From contig NC_009483.1 of NCBI RefSeq assembly GCF_000016745.1, positions 2,340,001-2,372,000 of the forward strand: a stretch of 32,000 nt of DNA, read 5' to 3'. This document shows, one piece after another, positions 25,239 through 32,000 of this stretch. The position numbers and the translations under genes were made by a program. Below the pieces are notes generated by a model. That model searched no databases and was not told where the DNA came from. It worked only from the letters and a program-made list of their open reading frames with translations. Every line of letters begins with the position of its first letter. Within the stretch, counting starts at the first letter, position 1. Origin of the DNA: Geotalea uraniireducens Rf4. GTDB lineage: Bacteria; Desulfobacterota; Desulfuromonadia; Geobacterales; Geobacteraceae.

Positions 25239-25643
25239 ATGGCTGAGAGAAAACTGAGGGTACTTGTTGGAAAACCGGGCCTTGACGGTCACGACAGGGG
25301 GGCGAAGATCATTGCCCGCGCTTTCAGGGATGCGGGTTTCGAGGTGATTTACACCGGCCTTCATCAAACCCCGGAGCAGATCGTCTCTGCCGCAATTCAG
25401 GAAGACGTCGACTGCGTCGCACTTTCCATCCTATCCGGCGCGCACAATACCCTCCTCCCCCAGGTTTGCGAGCTGTTGAAAGAGAAAAAGGCGGATGATA
25501 TCCTCGTCTTCGGCGGTGGAGTCATCCCTGATGACGACATACCGGGACTGAAGGCCTCCGGGATTCGAGAAGTATTCACTCCAGGCACGTCAACCGAAGA
25601 TATTGTCGCCTGGGTGCGCAACAATGTGAAGCCGCGCGCATAA
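25239..25643 (+). CDS. B12-binding small subunit/domain of an acyl-CoA mutase (methylmalonyl- or isobutyryl-CoA mutase type)
   Basis: 134 aa. The DxHxxG cobalamin-ligand motif occurs within [22 protein letters not shown] and GGVIP are also present. Strong RBS AAAGGAG. Confidence 0.85.
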   Translation: MAERKLRVLVGKPGLDGHDRGAKIIARAFRDAGFEVIYTGLHQTPEQIVSAAIQEDVDCVALSILSGAHNTLLPQVCELLKEKKADDILVFGGGVIPDDDIPGLKASGIREVFTPGTSTEDIVAWVRNNVKPRA

Positions 25644-25667
25644 AGTACGGCTACATGATAATAATGG

Positions 25668-25736
25668 TAGGGGCGCTGCCCCGTCGCGATTGTATCTGGT
25701 GATACGGAGAAGTGCGACGCGGGTTTCGCTCCTATA
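25668..25736. repeat. GC-rich imperfect inverted repeat (REP-like hairpin)
   Basis: TAGGGGCGCTGCCCCGTCGCGA at 25668-25689, versus the reverse complement of 25713-25736, which is TATAGGAGCGAAACCCGCGTCGCA. It is intergenic between the mutase subunit and meaB. Confidence 0.5.
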
Positions 25737-25794
25737 GTTTTATAGGGGTAGTGCTATTGTATAAGAAATTGCGTCTGGAAAGGGAAGTGCGCTC

Positions 25795-26745
25795 ATGTCT
25801 TTAGCTGAAAAGATACTTGATGGCGATATCCGCTCAGCGGCGAGGCTGATGCGGGATATAGACGACGGTCTCAGAAGTGCCGTCGAGGAATTGAAAACCC
25901 TTTATCCCCATACGGGCAAAGCGTTTATCATCGGTTTGACCGGTCCTCCCGGTGCAGGGAAGTCGACCCTCGTCGACCAGCTCACAGCAGCCTATCGCAA
26001 AAGGAATAAGAGGGTGGGGGTTGTGGCGATTGACCCGAGCAGTCCCTTTACCGGCGGCGCCATTCTCGGCGACCGGATCCGCATGAACCGTCATGCAGAT
26101 GACGAAGGGGTGTTTATTCGCAGCCTGGCAACTCGCGGTTATCTGGGCGGCCTGTCCCGTTCCACCGGCGACGTGGTCAATGTCATGGATGCCATGGGGA
26201 TGGATGTCATCATCATCGAGACGGTCGGGGTCGGCCAGGACGAGATCGACATCGTCCGCATGGCCCATACCACTGTAGTTGTCATGGTGCCGGGGCTGGG
26301 GGACGATATTCAGGCCATCAAGGCCGGTATCCTCGAGATCGGCGATGTTTTCGTGGTGAACAAGGCTGATCGTGAAGGGGCTGACCGGACAGTGCGCGAG
26401 TTAGCCAACATGCTTGATATGAAGCCGAGCAAGAGCGGCGAATGGCAGGCGAAGGTGCTGAAGACTGAAGCACAGCGCAATGTCGGCATTGAAGAGATGG
26501 TAGAGGAAATCGAATCACACAGAAGCTATCTCTTTTCTTCCGGCGCAATCTCGCATCTGCTGGAGGAAAAAAATGCCAACCTGTTCATGGAAATCCTGAA
26601 GGATCGTCTCTTTGCCGAGGTCTTCGGCCATATCAAGATGAACGGCAGGTTCCGCGAGATAGTGGACGGGATGATGACCCGGCAAAAGGACCCGTACAGC
26701 GCAGTCGACGAGATTCTGGCGGAGAGGTTCGGCAAGGGGGCATGA
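25795..26745 (+). CDS. meaB: MeaB/ArgK-type G-protein chaperone of B12-dependent mutases
   Basis: 316 aa. P-loop GLTGPPGAGKSTL. VAIDPSSPFTGGAILGDRIRM. IIETVGVGQ. NKAD G4 motif. Confidence 0.88.
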   Translation: MSLAEKILDGDIRSAARLMRDIDDGLRSAVEELKTLYPHTGKAFIIGLTGPPGAGKSTLVDQLTAAYRKRNKRVGVVAIDPSSPFTGGAILGDRIRMNRHADDEGVFIRSLATRGYLGGLSRSTGDVVNVMDAMGMDVIIIETVGVGQDEIDIVRMAHTTVVVMVPGLGDDIQAIKAGILEIGDVFVVNKADREGADRTVRELANMLDMKPSKSGEWQAKVLKTEAQRNVGIEEMVEEIESHRSYLFSSGAISHLLEEKNANLFMEILKDRLFAEVFGHIKMNGRFREIVDGMMTRQKDPYSAVDEILAERFGKGA

Positions 26746-26759
26746 GCCCCCTTTTTCTT
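26736..26759 (+). terminator. Intrinsic terminator overlapping the meaB stop codon
   Basis: GGGGGC-atga-GCCCCC followed by TTTTTCTT. Confidence 0.6.
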
Positions 26760-26838
26760 GACCGCACCGCTGAAAAGTGTTAGTTGTATGGTAAATGGGG
26801 CTGAGGCCCCATTAGTCGTTTAAGCAGGGGATTAAATC

Positions 26839-27675
26839 ATGTTGCGCAAGTTGTTGTTTTTTATCGTCTTGATTCTGTTGTCCGCTATTGTTGTCTATAA
26901 ACCCGGCGCAACCTCCGAGCCGGGTCCCAATCCCCGGGATCCGGCGAAAGAGAATTTGACCAGGGTGGAATATCCAAGTCTCGATAATATACCCTGGAAA
27001 GCGCGGTTCATCCAGCCTCAGGACACTCTGGAGTCGTTGTACGGCAAGGACTGGCCCACCGTTGCCCGCTTTAACAGGATAGACCGCCGACACGTCTATC
27101 CCGGCATGACGATCAAGGAACCGCTCGATATCGCTTCTGCCGGGAAATATACGCCGATGCCGCTGACGTATGAGCCGGCCAAACGTCACGAGAAGTACAT
27201 CCTGATAAGTCTAGATGAACAATGGATGGGCGCTTATGAATTCGGCAAGCTCAAGTTTTCCATGCCGGCCGCGACCGGAGCAAAGGACCATGAAACCCCC
27301 GTCGGCGTATATCAGGTTGATGCGCGGCATCGCAACCATACATCGTCTCTTTACAAAACAGAAGATCAGACCGCCCAGTATCCCATGGATAACGCCATCC
27401 GTTTTCATGTCGGGGCGGATAACGTATCGTACTGGATTCATGCCCGCGATCTTCCCGGTAAACCTGCTTCGCACGGTTGCGTAGGACTCTCCGATGAGTC
27501 AATGCAGAACAGGGTTTACGGTATTCCGGAAAAGCCGACTATGATGGATTCGAAAAAACTCTACGATTGGGCGGTCGGCGAAGCCGAATATGAAGATGAT
27601 GCCGGTGAATTGGAGCTTCTGGAAGACGGTCCGATGGTTGAGGTAGTCGGCGTCAATCCCCGTTACCGGATGTAA
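26839..27675 (+). CDS. L,D-transpeptidase (YkuD domain) with an N-terminal LysM-like segment
   Basis: N-terminal membrane anchor or signal sequence. LysM-like IQPQDTLESLYG...NRIDRRHVYPGMTIKEP. Catalytic motif SHGCVGLS. Confidence 0.8.
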   Translation: MLRKLLFFIVLILLSAIVVYKPGATSEPGPNPRDPAKENLTRVEYPSLDNIPWKARFIQPQDTLESLYGKDWPTVARFNRIDRRHVYPGMTIKEPLDIASAGKYTPMPLTYEPAKRHEKYILISLDEQWMGAYEFGKLKFSMPAATGAKDHETPVGVYQVDARHRNHTSSLYKTEDQTAQYPMDNAIRFHVGADNVSYWIHARDLPGKPASHGCVGLSDESMQNRVYGIPEKPTMMDSKKLYDWAVGEAEYEDDAGELELLEDGPMVEVVGVNPRYRM

Positions 27676-27680
27676 GGACA

Positions 27681-27774
27681 AGGAACGAGGAAAAAGGAAC
27701 GAGGAGCGAGGCATAAGGAAAAAGATCAGTCCTCGATCCTTTAACCTCGTTCCTCGAACCTTTGACCTCGAACC
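27681..27774. repeat. Imperfect inverted array of GGAACGAGG / CCTCG(A/T)(A/T)CC nonamers
   Basis: GGAACGAGG at 27682 and 27696. CCTCGATCC, CCTCGTTCC, CCTCGAACC and CCTCGAACC at 27731-27774. It starts 6 nt after the transpeptidase stop. Confidence 0.6.
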
Positions 27775-27792
27775 TGTTTCCCAGGAGGAGTA

Positions 27793-28401
27793 GTGCAGCA
27801 ATTTCTCAAAGACTACCTTGAGTTGCATGGCTACTGGGTTCTGTTCCTCGGCACCTTTCTTGAGGGCGAAGCAATCCTCATCATGGCCGGTTTATTCGCA
27901 TTTCAGGGATATTTGAATATTTTCGGCGTTATTTTTACCGCTTTTGCCGGTTCTTTTTTCGGTGACCAGTTTTATTTCTATCTGGGACGCTGGAAAGGGC
28001 CGTTGCTCCTGAAAATCTTTACTTCCATAGCCAGGAAGTTCCGCAAGGCCCTCAAGCTGATCGAGAAGTACGGCACCTTTGTCGCCTTTATTTCACGTTA
28101 TACATATGGTTTCCGTATTATTCTTCCCATTATCCTGGGGATGACCAATCTCGCAGCCTTGCGCTTTCTCTGGTTAAACCTGATCAGCGCCTTTACCTGG
28201 GCGGTTGTCTTTTCACTTGCCGGTTATCTGTTCGGTAAGAGTGCTTCGCTTTTTGTCGAAGATGTGCAGCGGTACGAGCCGTATCTGATGCTGGCTCTGC
28301 TCTGTCTCATCGCTTGCATGTGGCTGTCGCATTTTGTCCATGCCTGGTGGCGCAGAAGACCTGCTATGGCGCGTCTGAGGAGAATGAGGAAGGGTGGTTG
28401 A
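27793..28401 (+). CDS. DedA-family inner-membrane protein
   Basis: 202 aa. FLGTFLEGEA..I.AG and GDQ.YFYLGRW.G motifs. Multiple TM segments. GTG start after AGGAGG. Confidence 0.8.
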   Translation: MQQFLKDYLELHGYWVLFLGTFLEGEAILIMAGLFAFQGYLNIFGVIFTAFAGSFFGDQFYFYLGRWKGPLLLKIFTSIARKFRKALKLIEKYGTFVAFISRYTYGFRIILPIILGMTNLAALRFLWLNLISAFTWAVVFSLAGYLFGKSASLFVEDVQRYEPYLMLALLCLIACMWLSHFVHAWWRRRPAMARLRRMRKGG

Positions 28402-28448
28402 TGGTTGATGTAGGTGGTCAAAACCAAACAATGAAAAGGTAGAGATAG

Positions 28449-29186
28449 ATGGATTCTAAGGGAACAATCGCCATAGTTCTGGTGGGGACCCAGAGCCCGG
28501 GCAACATCGGCATGGTCTGCCGCGCCATGAAGAACATGGGGCTTACAGACCTGCGTCTGGTGAACCCTTGCCAGGTGGATCATCCCGAGGCGCTGAAATT
28601 CGCAGTTTCTGCCCGGGATCTTCTGGACAGCGCCAGGATATTTTCAAGCCTCGAAGAGGCCCTTGAGGACTGCGAAATCTCCGTGGCTACGACGCGGAGG
28701 CATGGAAAATACAGGCAGGAGATATCGACCCCTGAGGAAATAGCGGCCAGGGTTAACGCGCAGGCAGGCATGCATCGCGTAGCCCTGGTTTTCGGCCGTG
28801 AAGACAGCGGCCTGACTACCGACGAAGTTGCCGTCTGTCGCTGGCAGTCGACCATCCCCACCGCCGATGATTATGGTTCGCTGAATCTTGCCCAGGCGGT
28901 GTTGATCTTCTGTTACGAACTGTTCAAGGACAAAGGCGTTTCACCTGCTTCCGAACCCAGGCCGCTTGCCGGTTCGGCAGCCATGGAGTCGCTCTATGGG
29001 CAGATGGAGCGGACACTGTTGCGTATCGGTTTTCTCAATCCGCAAAACCCTGCCCATCTTATGCGCACCTTGCGCCGCATTTATTCACGTGCTGAGCTTG
29101 ATGAACGGGAAGTTGCGGTTTTACGCGGTATGATGTCCCAGATTGACTGGGCAGCCTCAGAATTCAAAGGGAAAAAAGGCTCATGA
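28449..29186 (+). CDS. trmJ: SpoU/TrmH-class RNA 2'-O-methyltransferase (TrmJ/LasT-like)
   Basis: 245 aa. IVLV.TQSPGNIG...RAMKNMG...L.LV.P, then FGRED.GL and LNLAQAV motifs. Confidence 0.75.
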   Translation: MDSKGTIAIVLVGTQSPGNIGMVCRAMKNMGLTDLRLVNPCQVDHPEALKFAVSARDLLDSARIFSSLEEALEDCEISVATTRRHGKYRQEISTPEEIAARVNAQAGMHRVALVFGREDSGLTTDEVAVCRWQSTIPTADDYGSLNLAQAVLIFCYELFKDKGVSPASEPRPLAGSAAMESLYGQMERTLLRIGFLNPQNPAHLMRTLRRIYSRAELDEREVAVLRGMMSQIDWAASEFKGKKGS

Positions 29187-29461
29187 ATATAACGCATCTA
29201 GGTCTGCTCGCAGGAGCCTTAACCAGTGCTGCAGCGATACCGCAGGTCGTCAGGACATACCGCACCAGGCAGGCGCGTGATATCTCCATCTGGCAACCGG
29301 TTCTCTTGAATATCGGCATGGTCTTGTGGCTCATTTACGGCCTTGTGATCGGTGATACACCTCTCATTGTCGCTAACATATTTTCTATTGTCTGTTATTC
29401 GTTCCTGATTGCCATGAAAATACTTTATAAAGATGATGACAAATCAACATCTTGTGTTTAA
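29183..29461 (+). CDS. SemiSWEET / PQ-loop small membrane transporter
   Basis: 92 aa with three TM segments and a PQ motif (AAIPQVVRTYRT). Its ATGA overlaps the trmJ stop. Confidence 0.75.
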   Translation: MNITHLGLLAGALTSAAAIPQVVRTYRTRQARDISIWQPVLLNIGMVLWLIYGLVIGDTPLIVANIFSIVCYSFLIAMKILYKDDDKSTSCV

Positions 29462-29491
29462 ATTTCTATTATATCGAACTGAGGAGGGGTT

Positions 29492-30076
29492 ATGAAGAGA
29501 CTTTTGCTCGTATTACTCGCAGCCTTCGCTCTATCAAGCCTTTGTGGCTGCGGCTACAATACCATGCAAGCCCGGGAAGAGGCGGTTTTTGCCGCATGGG
29601 GGGATGTGGAGGCTGCTTACCAGCGCCGTGCCGATCTTATTCCCAATCTCGTCGAGGTGGTAAAGGGATATGCAAAGCACGAGGCGGAAACCTTGAAGGC
29701 AGTTACCGAGGCGCGGGCAAAGGTGGGTTCCGTCCAGGTTACAAAAGAGATGCTCAATAACCCCCAGGCTTTTGACAAGTTTCAGCAGGCACAGGGCCAG
29801 TTGTCCGGCGCGCTCTCCCGTCTGATGGTTGTCGTGGAAAAGTACCCGGATCTGAAGGCGAACCAGAACTTTCTCGACCTGCAAAACCAGCTGGAAGGGA
29901 CCGAAAACCGGATCAATGTTGCCAGGGTCAGGTACAACAAGGCGGTGCAGGATTTCAACACCAGCATCAGGACATTTCCTAACTCTATGACCAATTCGCT
30001 GTTGCTCCACCTGACGCGCAAGGAGCCGTTCAAGGCTGAAGAAGGATCAAAAGTTGCGCCGAAGATCAAATTTTAG
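29492..30076 (+). CDS. lemA: LemA-family protein
   Basis: 194 aa. N-terminal anchor or lipobox (LCGC). YN.M......V...[23 protein letters not shown] and YPDLKAN.NF..LQ..L.G.ENRI..AR..YN. Confidence 0.85.
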   Translation: MKRLLLVLLAAFALSSLCGCGYNTMQAREEAVFAAWGDVEAAYQRRADLIPNLVEVVKGYAKHEAETLKAVTEARAKVGSVQVTKEMLNNPQAFDKFQQAQGQLSGALSRLMVVVEKYPDLKANQNFLDLQNQLEGTENRINVARVRYNKAVQDFNTSIRTFPNSMTNSLLLHLTRKEPFKAEEGSKVAPKIKF

Positions 30077-30144
30077 CAATCTGATAATGACATGTTCGAA
30101 GCATCCTCCCACCCCTTCCCTTAAAGGGAAGGGAAACAGTCAGG

Positions 30145-31002
30145 ATGGTTATGAAAAAAATCCTCATCCTCATTCTGCTTCTGCTTGCCCCTTGCATGGC
30201 TTACGGCCTCGATGTTCCTCCTCTTCGAGGCCATGTCAACGACTACGCCGCAATCCTGTCGCCAACTACCGTCCAGGAGCTTGAACAACGACTCAGCGCA
30301 TTTGAACAGAGCGATTCCACCCAGATTGTCGTGCTGACCATCCCGACACTGGCGGGTGAAAACCTGGAGGAATTTTCCATAAAGGTGGCTGAGACATGGA
30401 AAATAGGGCAAAAGGGTGTGGATAACGGTGTAGTGCTTCTGGTCGCAAAGCAGGAACAAAAACTGAGGATCGAAGTGGGAAGGGGATTGGAAGGAAAATT
30501 GACCGACCTGGTTTCCGGCCGGATCATTCGGGGAGAAATCGTTCCTCGATTCAAGCAAGGCGACTTTGACGGCGGAGTTGTAGCCGGCGTTACTGCCATC
30601 ATGGCCGTGGCCAAGGGTGAGTACAAGGCTTCATCCAGTGACCTGCGCCACGGCAGGAAGAGCGCCCATCCCGTCTTTACCCTCGTTATTTTTGTTGGTC
30701 TTGCCGCTGTGTTTTTGGGTGCGTTGTCCAAAGTGCTGGGCGGAATCGCCGGCGCCGTCGGATTTCCCATTATTGCGCTCCTTACCTTTCCCGGTTTGTC
30801 GCTGCTGATACTGGCGTTATCGGCTGTGGCAGGATTTTTTCTCGGACTCTTGCTGAGTTTCCTCTTTAGCGGCGGCGGTTTTTTCGGCGGGCCGTTTATC
30901 GGGGGAGGTTTTGGCGGCGGATCATTCGGCGGTGGCGATTCGGGCGGTTTTTCCGGCGGCGGTGGCGACTTTGGCGGCGGCGGAGCTTCCGGGGACTGGT
31001 AG
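30145..31002 (+). CDS. TPM-domain protein (YgcG-like) with a C-terminal TM region and Gly-rich tail
   Basis: Signal peptide, then L.G.V.D.A..LS......L...L..FE...S.QIVV.TI. Two TM segments. GGGF/GGGS tail. An alternative start is ATG 30151. Confidence 0.8.
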   Translation: MVMKKILILILLLLAPCMAYGLDVPPLRGHVNDYAAILSPTTVQELEQRLSAFEQSDSTQIVVLTIPTLAGENLEEFSIKVAETWKIGQKGVDNGVVLLVAKQEQKLRIEVGRGLEGKLTDLVSGRIIRGEIVPRFKQGDFDGGVVAGVTAIMAVAKGEYKASSSDLRHGRKSAHPVFTLVIFVGLAAVFLGALSKVLGGIAGAVGFPIIALLTFPGLSLLILALSAVAGFFLGLLLSFLFSGGGFFGGPFIGGGFGGGSFGGGDSGGFSGGGGDFGGGGASGDW

Positions 31003-31049
31003 ATTGCACATTATAGCGGGTGCGAGCTGTCGAATGTTCTGATTTGATG

Positions 31050-31268
31050 CAGCGGTGTCCGGTTAGTAACTTGCATAGGCTGATATTTTGTAAAAAAAGG
31101 GTTTCTGTAGGGGCGCGGCCTTGGCCCGCCCGCCTTTGACTGGTGTGAATAGAGCAACAAGGTCGGATTTGACGACAAGGGCGGGCCAAGGCCGCGCCCC
31201 TACGATGGAAAACAAAAGGCAATATAGGACGTTGGCCTTATGTGCAAATATCTAACCGGACAGTACTG
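31050..31268. mobile_element. Second 219-bp MITE of the same family, with a 9-bp target-site duplication
   Basis: Left end is CAGCGGTGTCCGGTTAG. The reverse complement of the right end is CAGTACTGTCCGGTTAG. It is flanked by GATTTGATG at 31041-31049 and 31269-31277. The interior holds a perfect 25-bp inverted repeat, GTAGGGGCGCGGCCTTGGCCCGCCC, at 31107-31131 and 31179-31203. Confidence 0.8.
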
Positions 31269-31310
31269 GATTTGATGGGTTGTTCACGCATTTTCCCATA
31301 GGTACAAGAT

Positions 31311-31946
31311 ATGATAACCAAGAAAACTAAAGATTTTTTCACTGCAGAGGAGAAGGAGCGTATCCGCCAGGCGGTGGCTGCTGCCGAGGCCGGCACTTCA
31401 GGAGAGATTGCCACAATGGTCGTGGCTGAGAGCGACAGTTACCGTGAGGCACAACTCCTCGGCGTCATGTTTCTCTCCGGTTTCCTTGCCCTCGTCGTTT
31501 CCATAATCATCCGTCACGTGACGATCTGGTCTTATATTCCTCTCGTCTTTTTGCTGGGCCTTCCCGCTTTCTTTCTTTTTGTCCGTTTCCCCCGTCTGAA
31601 ACTTGCCTTTGCCGGGCGAAGAAGGCTGAACGAAGCGGTCCGCAACAGGGCGGTAAAGGCCTTTTTTGAGAAGGGTCTTTATCGCACCAGGGATGAGACG
31701 GGTGTTCTCATATTCATCTCACTTCTGGAACGAAAGGTCTGGATCCTGGGCGACCGGGGCATTAATGCACGGATCAGGCCCGAATCATGGGGGAGTCTTG
31801 CTGCTGATCTGGCCGCCGGCATCAGAGGCGGGCGGGCCTGCTCAGCGCTTTGTGCCATTATCGCATCATGCGGCGAGGAACTCGGACGGTATTTTCCCAA
31901 AGGGACGGACATCGGTAATGAACTGCCGGACGAGGTGATCCTCTGA
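31311..31946 (+). CDS. TPM-domain membrane protein (second TPM gene of the LemA-TPM-TPM module)
   Basis: 211 aa. FF...E...I..AV..AE..TSGEI...V...SD.Y, followed by two TM segments. Confidence 0.75.
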   Translation: MITKKTKDFFTAEEKERIRQAVAAAEAGTSGEIATMVVAESDSYREAQLLGVMFLSGFLALVVSIIIRHVTIWSYIPLVFLLGLPAFFLFVRFPRLKLAFAGRRRLNEAVRNRAVKAFFEKGLYRTRDETGVLIFISLLERKVWILGDRGINARIRPESWGSLAADLAAGIRGGRACSALCAIIASCGEELGRYFPKGTDIGNELPDEVIL

Positions 31947-32000
31947 ATGACCGCATGGTTTTTAGCTGTTCCCCCATGGAAGTCCCATTGTTGCTGTTTG

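Noticed and set aside
30113-30133. Hairpin CCCTTCCC-ttaaa-GGGAAGGG between lemA and the first TPM gene, as a possible terminator
   Set aside because: It has no following U-tract and lies only 12 nt upstream of the next start in an apparently co-transcribed module. I left it unannotated.

Overview
A GC-rich chromosomal window that looks like Geobacter or another Desulfuromonadales genome. This is inferred from gene content, sigma-54 systems and GEMM-type riboswitches. No database search was possible, so every product name rests on motifs I read in the translations.

Layout, left to right:
1. Minus strand: a PUFA-synthase-like locus. A PfaD-type enoyl reductase is translationally coupled to a PfaA-like KS-AT-ACP-ACP megasynthase. 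The megasynthase runs off the left edge and is missing from the ORF track.
2. A cytoplasmic five-PAS histidine kinase.
3. An envelope module built around a sensor kinase plus a sigma-54 enhancer-binding response regulator. On both sides lie genes for secreted proteins that end in Arg-Gly-Gly-Met-rich tails, plus an outer-membrane beta-barrel. The same two-site palindromic enhancer occurs on both flanks, each near a sigma-54-like promoter.
4. Two complete tandem GEMM-I cyclic-dinucleotide riboswitches, each with its own terminator. They precede a lipoprotein with four FN3 repeats and a C-terminal c-type heme domain.
5. A Cache-PAS-GAF hybrid kinase, then an orphan ParB-like gene in an AT-richer patch next to tRNA-Val(CAC).
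6. A B12 accessory cluster: CobO adenosyltransferase, a mutase B12-binding subunit and MeaB. It is preceded by a decayed crotonase gene, a MITE insertion and a (GTAAGAA)16 microsatellite.
7. Housekeeping envelope genes: L,D-transpeptidase, DedA, TrmJ-like methyltransferase, SemiSWEET and LemA-TPM-TPM.

Main non-genic finding: a family of roughly 219-bp palindromic MITE-like elements with CAG..TGTCCGGTT termini. Two copies have perfect 9-bp target-site duplications and a third is degenerate.
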